Positions 1 through 9,276 of a stretch of 64,000 nucleotides of DNA are shown here, piece by piece (positions within the stretch are counted from its first letter, which is position 1; the number at the start of each line of letters is the position of its first letter). The position numbers and the translations under genes are program-made. This DNA is from Spirochaetia bacterium (lineage in GTDB: Bacteria > Spirochaetota > Spirochaetia > SZUA-6 > Bin103), in NCBI GenBank assembly GCA_965203055.1, contig OZ241863.1:1632001-1696000 (forward strand). The letters are read 5' to 3'. The notes beneath the pieces were generated by a model. The model did not search any database, was not told the origin of the DNA, and saw only the letters and a list, made by a program, of their open reading frames with translations.

Positions 1-373
1 GCTCCGGCGCGGCGAGCGCCGCCGTGACTCCCGCCGGGAACGACACCTGCCCGGCGGCGCTGCGCGGCAGCCGGCGCGCCCCCGGAGCCAGCGCCGTCCA
101 GCTCCTTCCGTCGGGCGCCGGTTCCAGCAGCAGAAACGGCACCGCCCGGCCGCCGGGCAACTGCCCGGTCAGACGCGCGTGCAGGACCCGGGTGTCGTTC
201 AACACCAGTACCGCGCCGCGCGGCAGCAGCCGCGGCAAGTCGCGCACCCGCAGATGCTGCGGCGCCCCGCCGCTCCGCTCCAGCACCAAGAGGCGCGCGG
301 CGCTGCGCTGCGCCGCGGGGCGTTGCGCGATCAGCTCCGGCGGCAGCTCAAAACAGAACCTGCTGGTCTCCAT
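1..373 (-). CDS. queA: S-adenosylmethionine:tRNA ribosyltransferase-isomerase QueA (5' part, runs off window start)
   Basis: Not in the ORF track. Manual translation from ATG at 373 gives METSRFCFELPPELIAQRPAAQRSAARLLVLER...LVLNDTRVLHARL, the typical QueA N-terminus. Lies downstream of ruvB. Confidence 0.9.
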   Translation of the reverse strand, partial: METSRFCFELPPELIAQRPAAQRSAARLLVLERSGGAPQHLRVRDLPRLLPRGAVLVLNDTRVLHARLTGQLPGGRAVPFLLLEPAPDGRSWTALAPGARRLPRSAAGQVSFPAGVTAALAAPE

Positions 374-1388
374 CACTCCCGCCGCGCACCCCGCCGTCCG
401 CGCGCACCCCGAGATGCTCGTAGGCAAGCCGCGTCGCCACCCGCCCGCGCGCCGTGCGCTGCAGCAGGCCGCGCTGAATCAGGTAGGGCTCGTACACGTC
501 CTCCAAGGTATCTACCGCTTCGCTGATGGAAATGGCCAGGGTTTCCGACCCCACCGGGCCGCCGTCATACTTGGCGATGATGGTCTCGAGGATGTCGCGG
601 TCCACCTTGTCCAGGCCGTCGTGATCCACCTCCAGCGCCGCCAGACCGCGCTCCACGATGTGCGGTGAAATGGTGCCGTCGCCCCACACCTGGGCGAAGT
701 CGCGCATCCGCCGCACCAGCCGGTTGGCGACCCGCGGCGTGCCGCGCGAGCAGCGCGCCAACTGCGTTACCGCGGCGGCGTCCAGTTCCACCTGCAGAAT
801 ACCCGCCGAGCGCCGCACGATGGCCTCGATCTCGCGCGGCCCGTAGAAGTCCAGGCGCATGGTAATGCCGAACCGGGAGTAGAGCGGCCCCGCTACCAGG
901 CCGGTCTTGGTGGTGGCGCCGACCAGCGTGAACGGCGGCAGCGGAATCTTGATGGAACGGGCGCCGGGCCCCTGCCCCACCACCACGTCGATCTCGTTGT
1001 CCTCCATGGCGGTATACAACAGCTCCTCGACCGGCGGCCGGAGGCGGTGGATCTCGTCGATGAAGAACACGTTATAGGCGCCGACGTGGGTCAGGATGGC
1101 GACCAGGTCGCCGGTCTTCTCGAACGCCGGGGCCGAGGTGGAGTGCAGCTCCACGCCCATCTCATTGGCGATGATGGCGGCCAACGTGGTCTTGCCGAGC
1201 CCCGGCGGTCCGCTGAAGAACACGTGATCCAGGCTTTCGCGGCGGGCGCGCGCCGCGGCGATGAACACGCCGAGGTTCTCGCGCAGGCGTTGCTGGCCGA
1301 TGAAGTCCGCCAGCCGCTCCGGCCGCAGATTCGCTTCGTCGCCGTCGGCCTCCTGTTGAAAGCCGGCGCCGACCGTACGTTCAGCCAT
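348..1388 (-). CDS. ruvB: Holliday junction branch migration helicase RuvB
   Basis: LRPERLADFIGQ, GPPGLGKTT, FIDEIHRL, GATT, SRGTPRVANRL, YEPYLIQ. Confidence 0.98.
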   Translation of the reverse strand: MAERTVGAGFQQEADGDEANLRPERLADFIGQQRLRENLGVFIAAARARRESLDHVFFSGPPGLGKTTLAAIIANEMGVELHSTSAPAFEKTGDLVAILTHVGAYNVFFIDEIHRLRPPVEELLYTAMEDNEIDVVVGQGPGARSIKIPLPPFTLVGATTKTGLVAGPLYSRFGITMRLDFYGPREIEAIVRRSAGILQVELDAAAVTQLARCSRGTPRVANRLVRRMRDFAQVWGDGTISPHIVERGLAALEVDHDGLDKVDRDILETIIAKYDGGPVGSETLAISISEAVDTLEDVYEPYLIQRGLLQRTARGRVATRLAYEHLGVRADGGVRGGSDGDQQVLF

Positions 1389-2022
1389 CGCCCGCCGCGC
1401 CCGCGCCGCGGGCGCGCTCGCTGGTCAGCGAACTGAGGCGCGCCACCGCCCGCCGCAGCGCCTCCTGCTCGCGTTCGGCGCTGCTGCCGGCGTGGGCCGC
1501 GGTCTCGCGCAGGACCGCGCGTACCACATCCCGCGATTCGCGCCGGCCGAAGCCCATGCCGGTCAGCGCGGCCAGCAGGTCGGCCTCCAGACCCGGCGCC
1601 GCGGACGGAGTGGCCGGGGGCAGCGTCAGCTTGCCCTGCAGGGCAAGCACCATCTTCTGCGCGGTCTTGTTGCCCAATCCCGGGATCCGCACCAGGCGCA
1701 CCAAGTCGTTGCCCTCCAGCGCCTGCACCAGCTCCGCCGCGTCGATCCCGGAGAGGATGCGAACCACCAGGCGCGGTCCCACCCCATCGACCCGCAGCAG
1801 ATCGAGAAACAGGTTGCGCTCGGCCTGGGTGGCAAAGCCGTACAGCCGCATCTGATCGTCGCGGTGGTACAGAAACGTGTACATGGTGACCTTCTCGCCC
1901 GGCGCCGGCAACACCTCCAGGCTGCGCGCGGTGGTATGCAGCTCCCACTCCAGGCCGCCCGTGCGCACGTGGGCGACTTCTACCCCTTTGTGAGTCAGCC
2001 GCCCGCTGACGCTGTTCCACAT
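1381..2022 (-). CDS. ruvA: Holliday junction DNA-binding protein RuvA
   Basis: LYGFAT..ERNLFLDLLRVDGVGPR and IPGLGNKTAQK HhH motifs; between ruvC and ruvB. Confidence 0.95.
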   Translation of the reverse strand: MWNSVSGRLTHKGVEVAHVRTGGLEWELHTTARSLEVLPAPGEKVTMYTFLYHRDDQMRLYGFATQAERNLFLDLLRVDGVGPRLVVRILSGIDAAELVQALEGNDLVRLVRIPGLGNKTAQKMVLALQGKLTLPPATPSAAPGLEADLLAALTGMGFGRRESRDVVRAVLRETAAHAGSSAEREQEALRRAVARLSSLTSERARGAGAAGDG

Positions 2023-2095
2023 CTGCAAGACACCCTACCGAACCTGACCGTTTCTCGAGGAACGACGAATCGACCCATGGCCGGCCGCTCCGGGA

Positions 2096-2605
2096 CTAAG
2101 GAGCCGCATCCGCGCGCGCCACCGCGGCGCGCACCGGAGCATGCTGAACGTGACACAGCGCGACGGCGAGAGCGTCGGCGCTGTGGTCGCTGGAGGGCTC
2201 GTCGTGGAGCCCCAGCACCAGCCTCACCGAGCGGATGATCTGCCCCTTCGGCGCCCGGCTGTGGCCCGCCACCGCCAGCTTCACGGCGCCGGGTGAGTAC
2301 TCGCTGCAGGGCACGCAGAACTGCGCCAGCACCAGGATGATCACGCCCCGCGCCTGGGCCACCGGAAACGCCGTGCGCACGTTCTTCGAGAAGAACAGCT
2401 CCTCGATGGCCGCCTCGGCGGGACGATACCGGGTCACGATGGCGTGCAGGCGGTCGCTCAGGGCCAGCAGGCGGCGGCCATGATCCTGCCCGGCGGGAGT
2501 GCGGATGACGCCGTCCGCGAGCTTCCTTATCCGGCTGCCCTCGACGGCGAGCACTCCGTAGCCGGTGGCCGCCAACCCCGGATCGATACCCAATACCACA
2601 CTCAA
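2096..2605 (-). CDS. ruvC: Crossover junction endodeoxyribonuclease RuvC
   Basis: VLGIDPGLAATGYG, IEELFFSKN, AQARGV, SADALAVALCH. Confidence 0.97.
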   Translation of the reverse strand: MSVVLGIDPGLAATGYGVLAVEGSRIRKLADGVIRTPAGQDHGRRLLALSDRLHAIVTRYRPAEAAIEELFFSKNVRTAFPVAQARGVIILVLAQFCVPCSEYSPGAVKLAVAGHSRAPKGQIIRSVRLVLGLHDEPSSDHSADALAVALCHVQHAPVRAAVARADAAP

Positions 2606-2671
2606 GCGTCAGACCTGCTCCCGGCCGCTGCCCCGCGCCCTGCCCGCGCCGGCCGCCGGCGGCGCGCTGCT

Positions 2672-3418
2672 TCAGGAATTCCCGGCGGCGACCTGCTCGG
2701 GCGCTTCCATGTTGGTGGACACCTGTTGCACGTCGTCGTGGTCTTCCAAGGTCTCGATGAGCCGCAGGGCACTCTCCGCCTTGCCCCCCGGCAGCGGGAT
2801 GCTGGCTTCGGCGACCCAGGAAACTTCGGCCACGTCATGCTGCAAACCGGCCCGGCCCGCCGCCTCCAGGGTCGTATGAAAGTCCTCCGGCTCGGTCAGC
2901 ACCTCGATCACTTCGGACTCGGCGGACACGTCCTCGGCGCCGCCGTCGAGCACCGCTTCCATAATCTGGTCCTCGTCGTAACGGTCCGAAGAAAACGCTA
3001 TTACTCCTTTACGAGAAAAGAGATAGGATACCGATCCCGAATCTCCGAGATGGCCGCCGCCCTTGGTGAGGAGGTTGCGGATCTCGGCCGCCGAGCGGTT
3101 CTTGTTATCGGTCAGCACCTCGATGAGCAACGCCACCCCGCCCGGACCGTAGGCTTCGTAGAGCAGTTCCTGGAAGTCGGCCCCGTCACCGCCCCCGCTG
3201 CCCTTCTTGACGGCGCGGTCGATGTTGTCGCGCGGCATGTTGGCATCGCGCGCCTTCATGATGGCGGTGCGCAAGCGCGGATTGGCATCGGGGTCTGCCC
3301 CGCCAAGGCGCGCGGCGACCGTGATCTCCTTGATCAGCTTGGTGAATATCTTGCCGCGCCTGGCGTCGGTGGCGCCCTTCTTGTGCCGGATCGAATGCCA
3401 TTTGCTGTGGCCGGACAC
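2672..3418 (-). CDS. yebC: YebC/PmpR family protein
   Basis: MSGHSKWHSIRHKKGATDARRGKIFTK, YEAYGPGGVA, LEDHDDVQQV. Confidence 0.97.
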   Translation of the reverse strand: MSGHSKWHSIRHKKGATDARRGKIFTKLIKEITVAARLGGADPDANPRLRTAIMKARDANMPRDNIDRAVKKGSGGGDGADFQELLYEAYGPGGVALLIEVLTDNKNRSAAEIRNLLTKGGGHLGDSGSVSYLFSRKGVIAFSSDRYDEDQIMEAVLDGGAEDVSAESEVIEVLTEPEDFHTTLEAAGRAGLQHDVAEVSWVAEASIPLPGGKAESALRLIETLEDHDDVQQVSTNMEAPEQVAAGNS

Positions 3419-3487
3419 TAGCTGCTACTCCCCTCCCGGTAACAGTAGCAACGATCTTTGCCGGAGGTCAAACGCGGCGCCGGCCGG

Positions 3488-4741
3488 TCAGCGGGGGCCG
3501 GCCTCGGGCCAGGCGGCGGCGGCGGCCGCGTCCGGCGGCCACGCCGCCGCGAGGAGGGCCTCGGCCTGCTCCGCAAGGCGGTCGAGATGCAGGCGCCCGC
3601 GCGGCGTCAGCGCCAGGCGGCGGCCCGGCGGCAGAGCCAGCCCCTGCCGCTCCCAGTCTTCCCAGAGCGGACCCAGCAGGCGCGCCAGAGAAGGCGTGAG
3701 CCAGCCGGGGCCGGCCGCCACGCCTTCGGCCAGGCGCAACCCCCGGCGCAGACACTCGGCGAGCAACTCCGCGGTCGCGGGCGCGCGCGCCGACGCCGCC
3801 CAGCCGCGGTCCGCGGCGGCAAGGTAGGGCCTCAGCTCGACGCCGTGACCGACGTGCAGCGCGCCGGACGCCGACGCCGGAGCCGCTCCGTAGAGGGGCG
3901 CGGCCGCGGCGGCCGGCAACGTGCCGGCCGCGCCGGGGCCGACGCCGGCCACCGGCCGCAGCAGCAGCGCGTGGCGCAGGTAGTGAGACCGGTCACCGCG
4001 GCGGCCGAAGTGAGTTACCTCATACTGGCAGTAGCCGCGGCTGCGCAGCCGCTCGCCGCCGGCCAGCCACAACTCATCCGCGTCCGCGGCGGGAACCGGT
4101 CCCCCCGGCGGCGGGTCCTCCAGTTGCAGCAGGGTCACGTGTTCGATATCGATGGCGGCCAGCCGGTCCACCGCCGCCAGCACCGCGGCCGCCCGCTGGC
4201 CCGATACGCCGGCCAGCAGATCGACGTTCAGCCGGCCGCGCCAGCAGCGCTTCAGCAGCTCCAGCCGGGCGGCGAGCGCGCGGCCATCGCAGCGCCGCCC
4301 AAGGCGCCGCAGCAGGCGGTCGTCGAAGGTCTGGACGCCTACCGAGAGGCGGTTGACCCCGGCCGCGGCGCAAAGCTCCAACAACTCCTCGTCCAGGTCC
4401 TCCGGGTTCGCCTCCAGCGTCCACTCCGGCGCCGCGCCGCCGGCCGCGCCCGGCAGCAGGGTGGCCGCGAGACCGGCCAGCAGGCGCCGCAACTCCGGGC
4501 GCGGCAGCAGACTCGGCGTCCCTCCGCCGACGTACAACGCGGCCACCGGCCGGGCCGGCATGGCCGCGCGCAGGGCGCGCGCCTCGGCCAGCATCGCGCC
4601 GACCAGTCGCTGCGCCAGGGCCAGGTCGCCGACCACCACCGGGTAGTCGCAGTAGGGGCAGCGCGCGGCGCAGAACGGTACGTGGACGTAGAACGCGACG
4701 CCGCAGGGAGCGGCGCGGGCTCGGTCGGAAGACCGCTTCAG
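3488..4741 (-). CDS. hemW: Radical SAM HemW/HemN-like protein (probable non-canonical CTG start)
   Basis: Frame extends upstream of the ORF-track start to FYVHVPFCAARCPYCDY (CxxxCxxC). Also YVGGGTPS, TLEANPED, RLSVGVQTF and YEVTHF. Start position uncertain. Confidence 0.85.
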   Translation of the reverse strand: MKRSSDRARAAPCGVAFYVHVPFCAARCPYCDYPVVVGDLALAQRLVGAMLAEARALRAAMPARPVAALYVGGGTPSLLPRPELRRLLAGLAATLLPGAAGGAAPEWTLEANPEDLDEELLELCAAAGVNRLSVGVQTFDDRLLRRLGRRCDGRALAARLELLKRCWRGRLNVDLLAGVSGQRAAAVLAAVDRLAAIDIEHVTLLQLEDPPPGGPVPAADADELWLAGGERLRSRGYCQYEVTHFGRRGDRSHYLRHALLLRPVAGVGPGAAGTLPAAAAAPLYGAAPASASGALHVGHGVELRPYLAAADRGWAASARAPATAELLAECLRRGLRLAEGVAAGPGWLTPSLARLLGPLWEDWERQGLALPPGRRLALTPRGRLHLDRLAEQAEALLAAAWPPDAAAAAAWPEAGPR

Positions 4742-5763
4742 CGCACCGCACCCCAGCGGGACGGCGGCCAGTAGTGGAACGAACCGCGGCCGAGCACCTT
4801 GCGCAGCGGCACCGGCCCGAAGTCGCGGCTGTCGCGCGAGTCGTCGCGGTTGTCACCCATCGGCATGAACGCGTCGTCCGGCACCAGCCAGCCATGGTGC
4901 AGGCGGCTCCAATCTCGGGCCAGGGAGTGGTTGTGAGGATCGAGCTCGTAGCGGGCGCGGGCAATCCACGCGTTGGAGTAGCTGTGGTCGAGCCAGCGCA
5001 CCTCGCGGATGCGCTCCACGGCCGCCCGGTCGGCGGCCGCCACCGCCATCCCGGCGCTGGCCCGCACCCGCGCGACCACCGCGCGCCGCAGGTCGGGGTA
5101 GCGTTCCGCCGGAAACAGCCGCGAGACGTTGTAGGGCAGACCGAGCTGCTGCATCAGGTCCCGCTCCGGCAGCCACGGCCCCGCCCCGCCGACCTTGATC
5201 TGCACGCTTCCCTCCTTCATCCGGACGCGGTCACCCGGCATGCCGACCGCGCGTTTGATCAGAAAGTGAGCGCGCGGCCGGCCCTGCGCGTCGGTGTCGA
5301 TGTTGACGATCGACAGGGTCGCCATGTAGATGACCCGCTGCAGCAGCTCCATCAGCGGACCGACCGGCACGTAGGTCGGGTTCTCGAAGATGATCACCTC
5401 GCCGCGCCGCGGGGTGCGCGGACTGGGCAGCTTGACCCCGCCGGGCACCAACTCGGGACCGAAGATCAGCTTGTTGACGAAGATGCGGTCGCCCACCAGC
5501 AGGGTGGGCACCATCGACCCGGAGGGAATGCGGTACGCCTGCAGCAGGAACTGGTTGATCAGCAGCACGATGAGGATGGCGGAACCGATCGCCTCGGCCC
5601 AGTCGAGGAGCGGATTCTTGCGTTGCTGCCGAATCTTGCGGCGCAGGCGCCGCCGCCGCCGCCACGACAGGTAGCGTTCGGTAGCGCTGACCACGCCGCG
5701 TTGCCAGCGCTGCCAGGAGCCGGCGCGGGCGGCGCCGTCCGCGCGCCGCAACTTGCCATCCAC
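4738..5763 (-). CDS. lepB: Signal peptidase I
   Basis: TM segment then YRIPSGSMVPTLLVGDRIFVNK (catalytic Ser), LIKRAVGMPGDRV (Lys), MGDNRDDSRDSR. Confidence 0.95.
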   Translation of the reverse strand: MDGKLRRADGAARAGSWQRWQRGVVSATERYLSWRRRRRLRRKIRQQRKNPLLDWAEAIGSAILIVLLINQFLLQAYRIPSGSMVPTLLVGDRIFVNKLIFGPELVPGGVKLPSPRTPRRGEVIIFENPTYVPVGPLMELLQRVIYMATLSIVNIDTDAQGRPRAHFLIKRAVGMPGDRVRMKEGSVQIKVGGAGPWLPERDLMQQLGLPYNVSRLFPAERYPDLRRAVVARVRASAGMAVAAADRAAVERIREVRWLDHSYSNAWIARARYELDPHNHSLARDWSRLHHGWLVPDDAFMPMGDNRDDSRDSRDFGPVPLRKVLGRGSFHYWPPSRWGAVR

Positions 5764-5771
5764 GGCCGGGG

Positions 5772-5800
5772 AGCGTAGTCGAACCGCCCGCGCGCGGCAA
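5772..5800 (-). promoter_or_regulatory. Sigma70-like promoter for lepB (leaderless-type)
   Basis: TTGCCG-17 nt-TACGCT, 8 nt before the GTG start, no Shine-Dalgarno. Confidence 0.55.
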
Positions 5801-5815
5801 CGGCCGGCCGCGCGG

Positions 5816-5845
5816 TTGCCGGCAAGCCGAGAAAATACCTATGCT
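5816..5845 (+). promoter_or_regulatory. Sigma70-like promoter for the PEGA/FGE gene (leaderless-type)
   Basis: TTGCCG-18 nt-TATGCT, 8 nt before ATG 5854. Confidence 0.55.
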
Positions 5846-5853
5846 CCCCTACC

Positions 5854-7512
5854 ATGGCGGAGCAGCGGAACCGGCCGCTTCACGACCTCGCGCCGCCGGA
5901 CCACCAGGTGCGGCTGCGGCCGCTCGCCGGGGTGGCGCCGGGCATCTATCTCACCTGGCTCTACGGGGCTGCGCTCCTGGCGCTGCTGTTCTTCGCGGCC
6001 ATCTTCCCCGGCCTGCGCTTCAACGGCGCCCTGGTCGCCGTCTCGTCGTCGCCGCCGGGCGCCGCGGTATACGTCGACGGGCGCTTCGCCGGCACCACGC
6101 CGCTCACCACCCGCGTGGCCGCGGGCCGCCATACGCTGCGCCTCTCCAAAGATCACTTCCAACCCCGCGAAGAACCGGTCGAGGTCGGTGGCCGGGTGTT
6201 CCTGAGTTGGCCGTTTCCGCGCCGCGAGAGCCGTCACCTGACGCTGCAGCTCGAAGATCCGGCGGCGCTGACGCAAGCCGCTCTGCTCGATCTGGCGCGC
6301 AATCCCGGCATTGCCCGCATCATCATCGACGCGGCCGCCGACCTGGCAAGCTCCGCCGCGCCGCCCGACCTGGGCGCCGCCTTTCTCCATAACGCCATGT
6401 TGCTGATCGAGAGTCAGGCCGGGCTGGCGGCCCTCCTGTCCGCCCATGGCCTGCTCACCGCCGGCGGCGCGCCGCGTTCTCCGCTCGGCCTGCAGCGCTT
6501 GCTGCGCGACGTGGCGCGGCTCGCCGCCGACTATCCGCGCCTGCCGCTGTGGCTCGCCGCGCTGCTGCCGGAGGCCGCGGCCGGGGAGCTGGCCGCCACC
6601 TCCTGGTACCGCGCCGTGGTGCAGCGGCACCGGGCGGCGGCGCGCGCCGCCCTCTCCCCGCCGGCGGGCGCGGCCGCGCCGGCCACCCCGCCGGCGCCGG
6701 TGATCGAAGCGGCGGGCATGGTGTTTCATCGCGTCCCGGCCGGGAGCTACGTGATGGGCGACTCGGCGCGGCTCGGGCAGCTCCCGGATCCCGCCCTGCC
6801 GTTCCCGGAGTGGCCTCACCAGATAACCCCGGGCACGTTCTATCTGCAGGAGCGGGAAGTAACCAAGCAGGCCTACGCGCGCTTCCTGGCAGCCGCGCCC
6901 GAGTGGGCGCCGGGCAACCGGGCAGCGCTTGCCGCGCGCGGTCTGGTGGCCGAGGACTACCTGGCCGACTGGGACGCCGGCGAAGTGCCGGCGGGCCGCG
7001 CGAGCGAGCCGGTGGTGTACGTGTCGGCCTATGCCGCCGAAGCGTTCGCGGCGTGGGTCGGCGGGCAGCTGCCGCCGGCGCCCGGCGGCGGCCGCTGGCA
7101 GGTGCGGCTGCCGTTCGAGCCGGAATGGGAATACGCGGCGCGCGGCGGGCCGGAGGGCCAACCCTACCCGCGCGGCTCCGAGACCCCGGGCGCGCATTTG
7201 GCGGCTCCCGCAACCGGCCTGCTGCCGGTGGGTCAGTCGCCGCCGAACGGCTTCGGGCTGCGCGACATGCTCGGCAGCGTGTGGGAGTGGACCGCCGACT
7301 GGTACTCCCCTACCCGGTATCTGCTGGCGCGCGACTTTGCGACCGACTACCGGACCGACGCGCGTTTTCCGATCGGCAGCCGGCGCGTGGTTCGGGGCGG
7401 CTCGTTCACCTCCGATCCGCGGGTCGTCAAGGTGCACACGCGCGGCTCGCAGCCGGCGGCGTGGTGCACGCCGGTGCTCGGCTTCCGGCTGGTGCTGGTG
7501 GAGGAGTCATGA
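5854..7512 (+). CDS. Membrane-anchored PEGA + FGE-sulfatase (SUMF1/EgtB/PvdO family) domain protein
   Basis: N-terminal TM; PEGA (SSPPGAAVYVDGRFAGTTPL); FGE-like RLPFEPEWEYAARGG, NGFGLRDMLGSVWEW, RVVRGGSF, GFRLV. Confidence 0.85.
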   Translation: MAEQRNRPLHDLAPPDHQVRLRPLAGVAPGIYLTWLYGAALLALLFFAAIFPGLRFNGALVAVSSSPPGAAVYVDGRFAGTTPLTTRVAAGRHTLRLSKDHFQPREEPVEVGGRVFLSWPFPRRESRHLTLQLEDPAALTQAALLDLARNPGIARIIIDAAADLASSAAPPDLGAAFLHNAMLLIESQAGLAALLSAHGLLTAGGAPRSPLGLQRLLRDVARLAADYPRLPLWLAALLPEAAAGELAATSWYRAVVQRHRAAARAALSPPAGAAAPATPPAPVIEAAGMVFHRVPAGSYVMGDSARLGQLPDPALPFPEWPHQITPGTFYLQEREVTKQAYARFLAAAPEWAPGNRAALAARGLVAEDYLADWDAGEVPAGRASEPVVYVSAYAAEAFAAWVGGQLPPAPGGGRWQVRLPFEPEWEYAARGGPEGQPYPRGSETPGAHLAAPATGLLPVGQSPPNGFGLRDMLGSVWEWTADWYSPTRYLLARDFATDYRTDARFPIGSRRVVRGGSFTSDPRVVKVHTRGSQPAAWCTPVLGFRLVLVEES

Positions 7513-7994
7513 ACCGCCGCCACGCCGCCCCTGACGCCGGCAAGACCCTGGCCACCAATCGGCGCGCGCGCCACCGGTATCACGTCGACGACCGCCTGGA
7601 GTGCGGCATAGCGCTGCGCGGCACCGAGGTGAAGTCCTTCAAGTCGGGCCAGTTCTCCTTCACCGACTCGTATGCCCGAATCGTCGACGGCGAGCTGCTC
7701 CTGGTGGGCCTGCACGTCACTCCCTACTCGTTCGGCAATCAGTTCAATCACGACCCGACGCGAGTCCGCAAGCTGCTCGCCCACCGCGCCGAGATCCGCC
7801 GCCTCGGCAGGCGGGTTGCCGAACGAGGCTTGACATTGGTCCCCCTGCGCTTCTACGTTAAGCGTGGCTTGGTCAAGGTCGAGCTCGGCATCTGCCGCGG
7901 CAAGAAGACCTTCGACAAGCGTGAGACGATCAAGCGCCGCGACCTCGCGCGTGATCTGGACCGCCAGGTACGCCGCGGGCAGCGGCGGCTGTGA
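7509..7994 (+). CDS. smpB: SsrA-binding protein SmpB
   Basis: NRRARHRY, ECGIALRGTEVKS, HDPTRVRKLL, GLTLVPL, GKKTFDKRE; ATGA overlap with the upstream gene; followed by tmRNA. Confidence 0.97.
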   Translation: MNRRHAAPDAGKTLATNRRARHRYHVDDRLECGIALRGTEVKSFKSGQFSFTDSYARIVDGELLLVGLHVTPYSFGNQFNHDPTRVRKLLAHRAEIRRLGRRVAERGLTLVPLRFYVKRGLVKVELGICRGKKTFDKRETIKRRDLARDLDRQVRRGQRRL

Positions 7995-8027
7995 CCCGGC
8001 TTTGCCGGGCCCGGCCGGTTGCAATTT

Positions 8028-8374
8028 GGGGGTGACAAGGCCTCGACTGGGAGTTTGATGTTTACGGTTGCAGGTGGAGCTCCAGTCTCCTTAACCTGGA
8101 CAATTTGATCTGCCGAAACAGATTACGCACTGGCTGCCTGATCTAGCGTAGCCACGGGGACTTGAAGTGCGGTCCTGAGCGACGAGCTCCCCGACGCAAT
8201 TCAGGACTCACCGTCTCATCGGCCCGCGGGTGAGACGGGAAAGACACACAGCGGGCTGCGCCGTCACCCGTGAGCCGGATCACAACGGTGGCGCCAAGCA
8301 TGCAACAGCCGGCTAAACCTGTAGACGCCGTACGCGCACCTTTCAGGACGCGGGTTCGATTCCCGCCACCTCCA
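8028..8374 (+). ncRNA. ssrA: tmRNA; tag peptide (A)AETDYALAA* at 8112-8141
   Basis: 5' GGGGGTG pairs with CACCTCC-A (G-U wobble at position 3); T-arm GCGGGTTCGATTCCCGC; internal frame ending YALAA-TGA; directly after smpB; CCA not encoded. Confidence 0.95.
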
Positions 8375-8387
8375 TGTCGCGCACATC

Positions 8388-8417
8388 GCGGCGCCCCCGC
8401 AAACGCGGGGGCGCCGC
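8388..8417. terminator. 13-bp perfect GC hairpin between convergent ssrA and SDR gene
   Basis: GCGGCGCCCCCGC-AAAC-GCGGGGGCGCCGC; no U-tract, so terminator role is inferred. Confidence 0.5.
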
Positions 8418-8487
8418 ACCGCGTACCGACCGTTCCGCACCATAACCCGTTCCATACCATGCCGCGTTGCGGCGCCGGCTGCCGGCG

Positions 8488-9276
8488 CTACGGCATCATC
8501 GAGCCGCCGCTGACGTGCAGCGCTTGGCCGGTGATGAAGCACGCGGCGTCGGACGCGAAGAACAGCACCGCCGCGGCGATGTCCTCCGGCGTCCCGGTCC
8601 GGTTCAGCGGCACCCGCCAGCCGAGCCAGAACTTGTCGTCGTGGGCCGGCGGCGGGGGCCACTCCTCGCCGCGTTCGTCGGCGGTCTGGCGGCTGGTGGC
8701 TCCCGGCACGATGGCGTTGGCGGTAAGGTAGGGGGCGCCTTCGTGGGCGATCCCCTTGGTCAGTGCGATCAGGCCCGCCTTCGAGGCGCCGTAGGTGGCG
8801 AAGGAAGCGCCGCCCTTGCCGGTGTAGGCAATGTTGGAGGAGATGGTCACCACGCGGCCGTACCGGCGCGCGATCATCGACGGCATGACGGCGCGCGCCA
8901 GGGCGAAGGTGGCGCGCAGGTTGACGTTGATCACCCGCTCCCACTCCTCGTCCGGCGTGTCGACGATGCGGTGCGGCTGCCCGATGCCGGCGTTGCTGAC
9001 CAGAATCTCGACCGGTCCGAAGGCCTCCTGCGAGCGCTCCACCAACGCCCGGCACTGGTCGATTTCGCCGACGTCGGCCTGAATAGCGCGCGCCTGCCCC
9101 CCCTGCTCGGCGATGCGGCGTACCGTATGCGCGGCCGCGGCCGCGTCGCGCGACCAGTTGACCACCACGCGCGCCCCTTCCCGCGCCAGCGCGTAGGCGA
9201 TACCGCGTCCGATACCGTGCCCGGCGCCGGTGACCAGCGCCACTCGACCCGCAATGCCCAGCGATCCCGTGCTCAT
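8488..9276 (-). CDS. SDR family oxidoreductase (FabG-like)
   Basis: VTGAGHGIG, VSNAGI, YGASKAG, RTGTPEDIA, ITGQALHVSGG. Confidence 0.92.
   Translation of the reverse strand: MSTGSLGIAGRVALVTGAGHGIGRGIAYALAREGARVVVNWSRDAAAAAHTVRRIAEQGGQARAIQADVGEIDQCRALVERSQEAFGPVEILVSNAGIGQPHRIVDTPDEEWERVINVNLRATFALARAVMPSMIARRYGRVVTISSNIAYTGKGGASFATYGASKAGLIALTKGIAHEGAPYLTANAIVPGATSRQTADERGEEWPPPPAHDDKFWLGWRVPLNRTGTPEDIAAAVLFFASDAACFITGQALHVSGGSMMP

Noticed and set aside
5854..7512. Diversity-generating retroelement target (FGE/CLec fold)
   Set aside because: No reverse transcriptase or template repeat in the window; the gene sits in a housekeeping context before smpB.
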